Positions 52,193-61,366 of a stretch of DNA of 64,000 nt are shown here, one piece after another. How positions within the stretch are numbered: the stretch's first letter is position 1; each line of letters starts with the position of its first letter. This DNA comes from Candidatus Krumholzibacteriia bacterium (GTDB lineage Bacteria > Krumholzibacteriota > Krumholzibacteriia > LZORAL124-64-63): the NCBI GenBank assembly GCA_046484865.1, contig JAWOID010000029.1, forward strand, positions 19,922 to 83,921, given 5' to 3'. The notes under the pieces were generated by a model. That model did no database searches. It was given only the letters and a program-made list of their open reading frames with translations, and was not told the origin of the DNA. Both the position numbers and the translations under genes were made by a program.

Positions 52193-53206
52193 ATGGACGA
52201 CGACCTCGAGATCGGTCATGCCGACAGGCCCCGCCTGAGCATCGTCGTTCCCCTGTACAACGAGGAGGAATCCGTCGGTCCGCTCATCGATCGGCTGGTG
52301 GAGGTGGGTCGAGAGCTGGGCTGCACCTGGGAATTGCTCCTGGTCGACGACGGCTCCACCGACGGCACCTGGGCGACCGTCTCCCGGCGGCAGCCGTTCG
52401 TGCCCGAACTGCGCGCGATCAAGCTCCGGGGGAATTTCGGGCAGACCGCCGCGATGGTCGCCGGATTCGATCACAGCCGCGGCGAGGTCATCGTGACCCT
52501 CGACGGCGACCTCCAGAACGATCCGGCCGACATCCCCCTGCTGCTGGCCAAGCTCGACGAGGGGCACGACATCGTCAGCGGCTGGCGCAAGGACCGCAAC
52601 GACCACTGGAGCCGCGTGATCCCTTCCCGGGTGGCCAACGGCCTGATCTCCCTGACCACCCGCGTGCACCTGCACGATTATGGGTGTTCCCTGAAGGCCT
52701 ACCGGGCGGAGTGCATTCGCAATCTCGACTGCTACGCAGAGATGCACCGTTTCTTTCCGGCCCTGGCGAGCATGACCGGCGCCCGGGTGGCGGAGATCCC
52801 GGTGCGGCATCACCCCCGGCGGTTCGGCGTCTCGAAGTACGGCTTCGATCGCATCTTCAAGGTCTTCAGCGACATGTTCGCCATCAACCTCATCATCCGC
52901 TTCTCCTCGGCGCCGCTGCGGGGCTTCCTCCTGGCGGCGGTCCCGTTCGCCGTCATGAGCCTGGGCACCGGCGTGGCGGCGTTCGTCGCCTGGGTCTTCG
53001 ACTGGACCGTGGGCAAGGCGCTGTTCTTCTCGTTCAGCAGTGCGCTGTCGCTCCTCGCGGTGGCCATGCTGCTGGCGCTCGGCATGCTCGGCGAGATGGT
53101 GGTGGCGCTCAGCGATTTGAGCCACACACGTCTGGTCACGCCCGTGGGTCGACGCGCCACCTACGGCGGCCAGGAGAAGCCGGTGACCGCGAAGAGGCCG
53201 TCATGA
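52193..53206 (+). CDS. GT2 polyprenyl-phosphate glycosyltransferase (ArnC/GtrB/DPM1-like)
   Basis: VVPLYNEEES, VDDGSTD, NFGQTAAMVAG, TLDGDLQNDP, DYGCSLKAY, EMHRF, two C-terminal TMs. Confidence 0.93.
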   Translation: MDDDLEIGHADRPRLSIVVPLYNEEESVGPLIDRLVEVGRELGCTWELLLVDDGSTDGTWATVSRRQPFVPELRAIKLRGNFGQTAAMVAGFDHSRGEVIVTLDGDLQNDPADIPLLLAKLDEGHDIVSGWRKDRNDHWSRVIPSRVANGLISLTTRVHLHDYGCSLKAYRAECIRNLDCYAEMHRFFPALASMTGARVAEIPVRHHPRRFGVSKYGFDRIFKVFSDMFAINLIIRFSSAPLRGFLLAAVPFAVMSLGTGVAAFVAWVFDWTVGKALFFSFSSALSLLAVAMLLALGMLGEMVVALSDLSHTRLVTPVGRRATYGGQEKPVTAKRPS

Positions 53207-54147
53207 AGCGGTCCTTGACCTACACGGTGTTGATGCTGGTCGAGACGCGGGAGGACGACTTCGCCGCGTACCTGCTGCATCTTCACGAGCAACTCTCGCA
53301 CCGCGGCCTCGATCATGAACTCGTCGTCGCCGTCAGCGGACCCGGCGCCTTCGTGCGCGCGCAGTTCGAGGACTGGCCCGAACGCGGGCCGCGCGTCCGC
53401 GTGTACGAACTGACCCGCAATCTCCCCATCGGGGCGTGCCTGCAGGCGGTCCTCGAGGAGTGCCATGGCGAGTTGCTCATCGTGTGCGGGCCGTACCAGC
53501 AGATCGCCGACGACGGTCTCGACGCGCTCCTGGCGGCCGTGGCGTCGGGCGATGCGGATCTGGCGATGCCCTGGCGGCAGGGGCGCGTGGATCCCCTGAT
53601 CAACCAGTGGCAGTCGCGCCTGTTCAATCACCTCGTCCGCGGCATCACGGGAGCCGACTTCCACGACCTCAGCGGCACCTTGCGCGTGCTCCGGCGGAAC
53701 GTGCTCGAGGAGATCGTGCTCTACGGCGACCTCTACCGGTACCTGCCGTTGCTGGCGAAGAAGCGCGGCTTCCGGGTGAAGGAGATCGCCGCGCCCCATA
53801 CGCGGGAGAGGGGGCAGGTGGGCTACTACGGGATCCGTTCGTACATCACGCGCTTCACCGATCTCCTGACTCTCGGCTTCAACTTCGGCTTCTCGCGCCA
53901 GCCCCTGCGTTACTTCGGGCCGCGTGGCACGGCCTTCATGTTCGTCGGCTTCCTCGGCTTCGCCGCGGCGCTGGCCTTGAAGCTGGCGGGCCTGCACAGT
54001 CTGGGCAACTCTCCCCTGCTGCTGGTGGGACTGGTGCTGGTCGTGGCCGGCAGCGGACTGTGGGGAGTCGGACTGCTCGGCGAGATCCTGGCCTTCACGC
54101 TGGCGCGGAAGCGCAAGGAATACGTCGTGGAGACCATCCTGGAATGA
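53203..54147 (+). CDS. Degenerate ArnC-like GT2 paralogue
   Basis: Same architecture (WRQGRVDP, FHDL, LYGDLYRYLP, two TMs, GLLGE) but the DDGS and DxD motifs are absent. Confidence 0.8.
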   Translation: MKRSLTYTVLMLVETREDDFAAYLLHLHEQLSHRGLDHELVVAVSGPGAFVRAQFEDWPERGPRVRVYELTRNLPIGACLQAVLEECHGELLIVCGPYQQIADDGLDALLAAVASGDADLAMPWRQGRVDPLINQWQSRLFNHLVRGITGADFHDLSGTLRVLRRNVLEEIVLYGDLYRYLPLLAKKRGFRVKEIAAPHTRERGQVGYYGIRSYITRFTDLLTLGFNFGFSRQPLRYFGPRGTAFMFVGFLGFAAALALKLAGLHSLGNSPLLLVGLVLVVAGSGLWGVGLLGEILAFTLARKRKEYVVETILE

Positions 54148-54169
54148 TCCCGCCGAGAAGGAGTTCTCG

Positions 54170-54991
54170 ATGGTGCTCGTGGACGGGCACGCACATCTGC
54201 ACGACGGCGTGGGCTTGGCCGCCTTCCTGGCCGCTGCCCGCCGCAACTTCCGGCGGCGGTGTCCGCGGAGCATCCCGCCCGGCGGGTTGCGGGCGGCGCT
54301 CTGCCTGGCCGATTTCCCCGGAGCCGAGGGCTTCGCGCGCGCACGCGGCGAGACCGCGGTCGAGGCGGCCGACGGCGACTACACGCGGTTGGCGGGCGCA
54401 GAGGAGTCGTCGCTGGCCTTCCAGGCGGACGACGGTGATCTGCTCTGGCTGGTCGCGGGGCGCCAGGCCGTGACGGCCGAGAAGCTCGAACTGGTGGCCA
54501 TCGGCACCGGGGTGCCGCTGCCGTCCGGCCTGTCGCTGGACCGGACCGTCGCCGCGGCGCGGGCGGCGGGCGCCCTGCCGGTGCTGCCATGGGGCGTCGG
54601 CAAGTGGCTCGGCCGGCGTGGCGCCGTGGTGAGCGCCGCGCTCGACCGCTTCGGCCGCGAACTCCCGCTCGGCGACAATGGCGGCCGACCGTCGTGGTGG
54701 CGACCCCGGCTGCTGGCCAGGGCCCGGGCGCGTGGCGTGCCGGTCATCCCTGGCGGCGACCCGTTGCGGATTCCGTCCGACCGGCTGCGCAACGGGAGCT
54801 TCGGCCTCCTGCTCGAGGGCGAGGTCGGCGGGCAGGAGCCGTCCGCCTGGCTGAAGCATCGGCTCGCCGGGCCACTCCCCGGCGACATCGTCTTCGGCGG
54901 GCCGCTCGCCTTCGGTCCGTTCGTCGCCCGCCAGGTGAGCCTGCGCTGGCCGGCCGGCGGCCGCGAGGACGGGACCCATGCCGCCGGCTGA
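54170..54991 (+). CDS. Divergent PHP-like metal-binding hydrolase
   Basis: N-terminal VDGHAHLH, late GGDP motif, PWGVGKW. Confidence 0.5.
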   Translation: MVLVDGHAHLHDGVGLAAFLAAARRNFRRRCPRSIPPGGLRAALCLADFPGAEGFARARGETAVEAADGDYTRLAGAEESSLAFQADDGDLLWLVAGRQAVTAEKLELVAIGTGVPLPSGLSLDRTVAAARAAGALPVLPWGVGKWLGRRGAVVSAALDRFGRELPLGDNGGRPSWWRPRLLARARARGVPVIPGGDPLRIPSDRLRNGSFGLLLEGEVGGQEPSAWLKHRLAGPLPGDIVFGGPLAFGPFVARQVSLRWPAGGREDGTHAAG

Positions 54992-56501
54992 CGCCATTCT
55001 CCGCGATCCCGGCGGGTTCGCCGCCGACCATCACGATCTGGTGGTCGTGGGCGGCGGCATCTACGGCGTGATGCTGGCGCTCGAGGCCGCGCGCCGGGGC
55101 CTCTCTTGCCTGCTCCTCGAGCGGGATGATTTCGGCGAGCACACCAGCTACAACCATCTGCGCATCCTGCATGGCGGTTTCCGCTACCTGCAGGACCTGG
55201 ACGTGCGGCGCCTCCGGGAGTCGGGAGGCGAGCGCGCCTGGTTCCTGCGCCACTTTCCAGGCCTGACGCGGCCGCTGCCGTGCCTGCTCCCTCTGTACGG
55301 CGGAGGCTTGCGCCGGCCGGCCGTGATGCGGGCGGCGTTCGCGCTCGAGGCGCTGCTGTCGCTCGGCGGCGCCCGAGGTCTGCCGCGCGAGCGCAGACTG
55401 CCCGCCGGCAACGTGCTCTCGGCCGGCGAGACCCGCCGGCGGTTCCCCCTCGTGCGTCCCGGCGTGCTGGGGGGTGCGTTCTGGCACGATGGAGTGGTCC
55501 TGGACAGCCCGCGGCTGCTGATGGAAACGCTGCGCTGGGCCTGCCGGCATGGCGCGCGTGCCGTGAATCACTGCGCGGCGGAGGGGCTGCTCTTGAGGGA
55601 GGGCGCCGTCGCCGGCGTTCGCGCGCGCGATCGCCGCGACGGCGGCGAACACGTGTTCCGGAGCGCCCGCGTGGTCAACGCGGCAGGGCCGTGGTGCCGT
55701 TCGCTCGCCGCGGCGCTCGACCGCGATCACCCGGAACTCTTCCCGCACCGGGTCCTGGTGTGGAATCTCCTCTTCGACCGGCCGACCGTGGCGCAGGATG
55801 CGGTGGCCGTGACGCCGCCTCGTCCGGGCGGCCGGACTTATTTCCTCCTGGATTACCAGGGCGAACTGCTCGCCGGAACCGGCCATGCGGTCCAGGAAGG
55901 GGAAGACCACCGCCCGCCGCCGCCCGAGGCGATCGCGGCGATGATCGGGGATCTGAACGCAGCCGCGCCGGGGCTGGGACTGGTCGAGAGCGAACTGCGC
56001 CGCGTGTTCTGGGGCGTGATGCCGGGCGATCCGCAAGCGAACCTGGCGAGCCGGCCGGTTCTCCTCGACCACGCGGCGCGGGGAGGTCCCGCCGGGCTCT
56101 TCACCATCTCGGGCGTGAAGTTCACCACCGCCCGCCTGGTCGCGGACCGCACCCTGCGGCGGCTGTTCCCGTCGCGCCGTCCACGACCCTACGGCGCGGA
56201 GTTCGCTCCGGCGCCGGAGCACGCCGTGCGCGGGCGCGGTCTGTCGCTCGACGACGCGACGGCCTGGCGCGACCTCGTCCGGCACGAGGCGCCGCTGTCG
56301 CTGGCCGACCTCGTCCTCCGGCGCAGCGATGTCGGCGAGCGCGCCGGCATCTCGACCGCCGACCTCGAGCGCCTGGCAGCGTTCCTCGATGCGGATCGTG
56401 CGGCGCGGCTGGAGGAGGTCGACGGCGTGCTCGCCTCGATCCGGTCGGGGTTGCCCGCTGCCGGACCACCGGCCACCAACCGGGAAAGGAGCCGCGGATG
56501 A
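54978..56501 (+). CDS. FAD-dependent oxidoreductase, GlpD/glycerol-3-phosphate oxidase family
   Basis: VVGGGIYG, LERDDFGEHTS...ILHGGFRYL, VVNAAGPW, SGVKFTTAR. Confidence 0.88.
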   Translation: MPPADAILRDPGGFAADHHDLVVVGGGIYGVMLALEAARRGLSCLLLERDDFGEHTSYNHLRILHGGFRYLQDLDVRRLRESGGERAWFLRHFPGLTRPLPCLLPLYGGGLRRPAVMRAAFALEALLSLGGARGLPRERRLPAGNVLSAGETRRRFPLVRPGVLGGAFWHDGVVLDSPRLLMETLRWACRHGARAVNHCAAEGLLLREGAVAGVRARDRRDGGEHVFRSARVVNAAGPWCRSLAAALDRDHPELFPHRVLVWNLLFDRPTVAQDAVAVTPPRPGGRTYFLLDYQGELLAGTGHAVQEGEDHRPPPPEAIAAMIGDLNAAAPGLGLVESELRRVFWGVMPGDPQANLASRPVLLDHAARGGPAGLFTISGVKFTTARLVADRTLRRLFPSRRPRPYGAEFAPAPEHAVRGRGLSLDDATAWRDLVRHEAPLSLADLVLRRSDVGERAGISTADLERLAAFLDADRAARLEEVDGVLASIRSGLPAAGPPATNRERSRG

Positions 56502-57181
56502 TCATCGATCATTCCCGAGATCAGGCGCTGGTCCTGCAACTCCAGTTCGGCGGCGACCGCAACTTCCAGTACATCGTCGGCGACGGCCACGGGGACGTTG
56601 CCGTCGTGGATCCGGGCTTCGCGCCCGAGCGCATCGCCGCCGTGGCCGCCGATCGGGACCTCGCCGTCCGGCGGATCCTCGTCACTCACGGCCACGGTGA
56701 TCACGTGGGTGGCGTGGCGGCCCTGACCGAGCTCACCGGCGCGCGCGTGCATGCCGGCGATCCTGCCCGGGTGCGCGGCGCCGAGCCGCTGCACGACGGC
56801 GACGAGATCGCCGTCGGGCAGCTCACCCTGCGAGCGCTCGCCACTCCCGGACACGCCCCCGATCACTTCTGCCTGCTCGGGCCAGGCATCCTGTTCACGG
56901 GCGACCTGCTGTTCTGCGGCAAGATCGGCGGCACCGGTCCGTTCTTCGCCGGCTCGTCGGCGCAACAGGAGTGGGACTCGCTGCAGCGGCTCCTGGATCT
57001 GCCCGACGACACGCGTATCTTTCCCGGCCACGACTACTGGGGCGGCGAGGGGGAGCGACGCGTCTCCACCCTCGGGCACGAGCGGCGCCACAACCCGTTC
57101 CTGACGGTGCCCGACTTCGACGCCTTCTGCCACCTGAAGGATACCTGGGCGGAGTACAAGCAGGAGCACGGGATACGGTGA
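56498..57181 (+). CDS. Glyoxalase II-like MBL hydrolase
   Basis: NFQYIV, THGHGDHVGG, TPGH, FTGDLLF, FPGHDY, ERRHNPFL. Confidence 0.9.
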   Translation: MIIDHSRDQALVLQLQFGGDRNFQYIVGDGHGDVAVVDPGFAPERIAAVAADRDLAVRRILVTHGHGDHVGGVAALTELTGARVHAGDPARVRGAEPLHDGDEIAVGQLTLRALATPGHAPDHFCLLGPGILFTGDLLFCGKIGGTGPFFAGSSAQQEWDSLQRLLDLPDDTRIFPGHDYWGGEGERRVSTLGHERRHNPFLTVPDFDAFCHLKDTWAEYKQEHGIR

Positions 57182-59796
57182 AGCGATTCCGGTGGCGCTG
57201 GACCCATCGTGGCGAGCCGGCACGGCTTTCCGCCGCGGAGCCGACGACGGCCATGTCGACGCGGCGATCGCCGAGCGACGTCCCGGCCGTGGTCACGGGC
57301 GAGGTGGGGTTCGCCCTCGGTGAGCGCCGCGGCCGCCGCTCGTCCCTGAATCGGGCCGCCTGGCGCTGGCTGATCCTGGCCGGCGGTCTGTCGCTGCTGG
57401 CGGCGCTGCTGAACCTGCTCGCCGGCGACCCGGGAACCGTGCTCGGGGTGGTCCTGACGCTCGCCTACGGAGCCGCGGCGTTCGCCGCCGTGCGCTTCTG
57501 CTGGCTCGACACCTCGGGACGGCGCTTCTGGAGCGTATGGCTGGCCGCCGGCGGACTGGCGCTGCTCGTCGCCGGGACCGACATGGCGGGCTGGGTGGTG
57601 GCCTCCGTCCTGGGCTTCGTGTTCATGCTGGCGCGGCGGATGCATCCCTACCGGCACCTGACCAGCACCCAGCGCGCCTGGGCGTTCGTGGCGGGGCTGA
57701 CGGCGCTGGTGCTGGTGGCCGCAGCGTCCCGCTGGGACGTCACCGAGGACATGGCTCACGGGCTGGGCGTACTCCTGCGCACCGGCCATGCCGCGCGCGA
57801 CGTCCTCGCCTACTTCTGGCTGTTCTCGCTGCTGCACCTGCTGCTGGGAATGCGGCTGCACTTTCTGCGGCTGCGGCCCAAGCTGGCCATCAGCGCCATG
57901 CTGGTGGGGCTGGTGCCGCTGACGCTGGTGGTGGTGCTGGCGGTGTTCGCCCTCTACGGAGTCCTCGGCGGCAGCCGGGCCATGTGGGCGCACGAGACGC
58001 TGGACGGCTGGTCCACGCTGGTGGACGCGGGCGTGGACCTGGAGGGGGCGGTGCTGCCGTCGGGCTGGGCCGTCACCCGTGGCGAGGTGGTGGCCGGCGA
58101 CGCTCCGGCTCCGGTGCCGCCCTGGGCGCCGGACCTGCTGGAGCGCATGATCCAGTCGCGGCGTGGTCCACGCTCCGGCACGCCCCCGGCGGCGGGCGAG
58201 CCCGGATCCGCCGATCCGGCCCCGCCTCCGGTCCGCGACGGCGCCTGGGTGCCGGCGGACACCGCCGCCTACTTCATGATCGAGCGCGGTATCTGGCTGC
58301 TGCGGGTGCGGGGGCTGGACACCCCGTCGCCGCGGCTGGCCGGGTGGCCGGTGACCACGGAGTCGCTGGAGCACCTGGCGCGGGCGGTGGAGGCCGACGT
58401 GGAAATGCACGTCGAGAGCGGTGGCGACGGGGGGATCACCGTCGGCCCCGGTCGGGACGGCGGGCGGGAACCGCTCCTGCGCGCGCGGGCGCGCGAGCGC
58501 GATGCCGACGCCGATTTCTGGCACCGGCCGCTGTACTTCGGCGGCGCGCTGGTGGAGGTGATCCAGCCGGTCGATCTCTGGTTCGGCCGCGAAGCGATCC
58601 TGCTCACGGTCCAGCTGAGCGTGGCCGACCTGGTGAACGAGTACGTGCGGGGGGAGGGGAACCTCAACATCGCCGTGGTGGTGGGGCTGGGCGTGCTGGC
58701 GCTGCTCTTCCTGACCATCGAGGTGGTGGCGGCGTTCTTCGGCTTCCGCATCGCCGGCGGCATCCTGGGCGCCGTGCGTGCGCTGCACGAGGGGACCCGA
58801 CGTCTGGCGGCCGGGCAGCTGGCCACGCGCATCGACATCCCCAACGAGGATGAGCTGGGCGACCTGGCGCAGGGCTTCAACGAGATGGCGGCCGCGGTGG
58901 CCCGCGGCCGCGAGGTGGCCGTGGCCCGGGAGCGGCTCCTGCGGGAGCTGGAGACGGCGCGCGGGATCCAGCAGCGACTGCTGCCGGACGACCGGCCGCT
59001 GGCGCCGGGATTCGAGATCGTCGGCGTCAGCGTCCCCACCCGGCAGGTGGGCGGCGACTACTACGACTTCCTCCCCCTGGGCCAAGGCCGCCTGGGGCTG
59101 GCGGTGGGCGACGTCTCGGGCAAGGGGATGCCTGCGGCGCTGCTCATGTCCAACCTGCAGGCCAGCCTGCAGGGGCAGGTGATCCACCCGGCCACCGTGG
59201 CCGACGTGGTGGCGCGGGTGAACTCGCTGCTGGTGCAGTCCACGGACTCCCACATGTTCGCCACGTTCTTCTACGGCGTGCTGGACACGCAGCAATCGCT
59301 GTTCACGTACACCAATGCCGGGCACAATCCGCCCATCCTGCTGCGCGCGGGCGGCGAGGTGGAGTACCTGCAGGCGGGCGGCCTGATCCTGGGCATGCTC
59401 CCCGGCCAGGAGTACCGGCAGGAGACGGTGACCCTGGGCACCGGCGATGTGGTCGTGCTCTACACCGACGGCATCACCGAGGCCGTCGCGCGCCCATCCG
59501 GAGCCGCAATCGTCCTGGACGAGGACGATGCGGCAGACGACGATCAGCGTCTGGACGCCGACGGCCGCCGCCCCGCGCCGACCGCGGCACCGGAGGATCC
59601 GGACGCGGACGAGTCGACCGACGATCCGTCGCTGATGTTCGGCGAGGGCGCCCTGCTGGACGTGGTGCGCCGTAGCGCGCGCCTGGGCGCCGAGGGAATC
59701 AAGGAGGCGATCCTGGCGGCGGTGGCCAGCCACACCGCCGGGACGCCGCAGTCCGACGACATCACGCTGGTGGTCGTGAAGCGCGTCGCACCCTGA
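57178..59796 (+). CDS. Membrane HAMP + PP2C (SpoIIE/RsbU-like) phosphatase
   Basis: N-terminal TM bundle, DELGDLAQGFNEM (HAMP), VGGDYYD, DVSGKG, NAGH, YTDGITE, DDITL. Alternative start 57253. Confidence 0.9.
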   Translation: MKRFRWRWTHRGEPARLSAAEPTTAMSTRRSPSDVPAVVTGEVGFALGERRGRRSSLNRAAWRWLILAGGLSLLAALLNLLAGDPGTVLGVVLTLAYGAAAFAAVRFCWLDTSGRRFWSVWLAAGGLALLVAGTDMAGWVVASVLGFVFMLARRMHPYRHLTSTQRAWAFVAGLTALVLVAAASRWDVTEDMAHGLGVLLRTGHAARDVLAYFWLFSLLHLLLGMRLHFLRLRPKLAISAMLVGLVPLTLVVVLAVFALYGVLGGSRAMWAHETLDGWSTLVDAGVDLEGAVLPSGWAVTRGEVVAGDAPAPVPPWAPDLLERMIQSRRGPRSGTPPAAGEPGSADPAPPPVRDGAWVPADTAAYFMIERGIWLLRVRGLDTPSPRLAGWPVTTESLEHLARAVEADVEMHVESGGDGGITVGPGRDGGREPLLRARARERDADADFWHRPLYFGGALVEVIQPVDLWFGREAILLTVQLSVADLVNEYVRGEGNLNIAVVVGLGVLALLFLTIEVVAAFFGFRIAGGILGAVRALHEGTRRLAAGQLATRIDIPNEDELGDLAQGFNEMAAAVARGREVAVARERLLRELETARGIQQRLLPDDRPLAPGFEIVGVSVPTRQVGGDYYDFLPLGQGRLGLAVGDVSGKGMPAALLMSNLQASLQGQVIHPATVADVVARVNSLLVQSTDSHMFATFFYGVLDTQQSLFTYTNAGHNPPILLRAGGEVEYLQAGGLILGMLPGQEYRQETVTLGTGDVVVLYTDGITEAVARPSGAAIVLDEDDAADDDQRLDADGRRPAPTAAPEDPDADESTDDPSLMFGEGALLDVVRRSARLGAEGIKEAILAAVASHTAGTPQSDDITLVVVKRVAP

Positions 59797-59809
59797 GGAG
59801 GATCATCGC

Positions 59810-61285
59810 ATGTCCGTCTGGTTGGAGGAACTGTCCGCCATCGTCCTGCTGCTGGTGGTGGTGGGCGTCGTCATCGCCCGCCTGCCGAAGACCGAGATCC
59901 AGCACTCGACGGAGCTGCGCCGCCGGCGCCTGTGGAACTGGCTCCCGCTGGGTCTCACCTACGCGTTCCTCTACATGGGGCGCTACAACCTGACGGTCAG
60001 CAAGATCGCCTTCGAGACCATGGAGGGAGACGTCGGGGGCGGCACGCTGATGGGGAACGCCGACTTCGGCGTGATCTTCGCGGTCGGCACCTGGGTGTAC
60101 GGCATCTCCTTCCTGCTCAACGGACCGCTCACCGACCGCTTCGGCGGCCGCTTCTCGATCCTCGCGGGAGCCGGCGGGTCGGCCGTGATGAACCTGGTTA
60201 TGGGGCTGGTCACCGCGTCGCTGCTGGCCGGCGGGACGACGGCCGACTTCTTCGCACGCAACTTCGTGGTGGTCTTCTCCATCCTCTACGGCCTGAACAT
60301 GTACTTCCAGAGCTTCGGCGCGGTGGCCATCGTCAAGGTGAACGCCGGCTGGTTCCACGTGCGCGAGCGGGGCGTGTTCGGCGCCATCTTCGGCATCCTC
60401 ATCTCGCTGGGGATCTACTTCGCGTTCGACCTCAGCAAGCGCATCCTCGAGCTGGCCGGTCTGATCTGGGTGTTCGTGATCCCGGCCGCGCTGCTGGCGA
60501 TCTTCTGGCTGATCGACGTCTTCGTGGTGCGCAACACGCCGTCGGACGCGGGATTGCCCGACTTCGACACGGCCGACGCGTCGAGCGGCGACGCGGGCCC
60601 GCCGCTGGCGCCGCAGAAGGTGTTCCTGATGATGGTGCGCAATCCCATCATCATGACCATCGCCCTGGTGGAGTTCTGCAGCGGCTTCCTGCGGCAGGCC
60701 ATCATGCAGTGGTTCCGCATCTTCGCCAAGCAGACGGACGCTGCGCTCGGCCTGGTCGACAGCTACATCTACGAGCACTGGGGAATGATCCTCTGCGTGG
60801 CCGGCATCTCCGGCGGCGTGCTGGCGGGCGTCATCAGCGACCACGTGTTCCAGTCCCGGCGCGGTCCGGTGGCGGCGCTGCTCTACGGCATCATGGTGGC
60901 CGGCGCCCTGGTCCTGGTCTTCGCCTACGACTCGGTGCTCGTGCTCTGGATGGTGGTGATCATGTCCATGGCCGTCATCGGCGTCCACGGGATGCTTTCG
61001 GGCACGGCGAGCATGGACTTCGGCGGCCGCAAGAACGCCGGCATCGCCGTGGGCATCATCGACGGCTTCGTGTACCTGGGGACCGGCGTCATGTCCATGA
61101 CCTACGCCCTGATCCTGCCCCAGGAACAGCTCGACACCGCCGGCAAGCTCACCGGTCCGGCCACCGATCCGAGCAACTGGCTGTCGTGGCCGGTGGCCAT
61201 GCTGCCCGTTGCAGCGATCGGCTTCCTGCTCACCCTGCGCGTGTGGAACGCGCGGCCCAAGGCAGCGGGCGTGAAGGCGCACTGA
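59810..61285 (+). CDS. MFS transporter, organophosphate:Pi antiporter (GlpT/UhpT)-like
   Basis: YAFLYMGRYNL, GPLTDRFGGR, WFHVRERG, GVISDHVF, GIIDGFVYLG. Confidence 0.8.
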   Translation: MSVWLEELSAIVLLLVVVGVVIARLPKTEIQHSTELRRRRLWNWLPLGLTYAFLYMGRYNLTVSKIAFETMEGDVGGGTLMGNADFGVIFAVGTWVYGISFLLNGPLTDRFGGRFSILAGAGGSAVMNLVMGLVTASLLAGGTTADFFARNFVVVFSILYGLNMYFQSFGAVAIVKVNAGWFHVRERGVFGAIFGILISLGIYFAFDLSKRILELAGLIWVFVIPAALLAIFWLIDVFVVRNTPSDAGLPDFDTADASSGDAGPPLAPQKVFLMMVRNPIIMTIALVEFCSGFLRQAIMQWFRIFAKQTDAALGLVDSYIYEHWGMILCVAGISGGVLAGVISDHVFQSRRGPVAALLYGIMVAGALVLVFAYDSVLVLWMVVIMSMAVIGVHGMLSGTASMDFGGRKNAGIAVGIIDGFVYLGTGVMSMTYALILPQEQLDTAGKLTGPATDPSNWLSWPVAMLPVAAIGFLLTLRVWNARPKAAGVKAH

Positions 61286-61366
61286 CCGGGCGAACAGGTC
61301 GGTGGCGCGACCTTCGCGTCCGGCCGTGGCGGTGCCGATCCTGCGGGGGAGACCGGCGGGCGTACG

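Noticed and set aside
57034..59733. Long antisense ORFs (also 41896-44736, 23910-26045, 32073-33932)
   Set aside because: Expected from stop-codon scarcity opposite real genes at high GC; no recognisable motifs.
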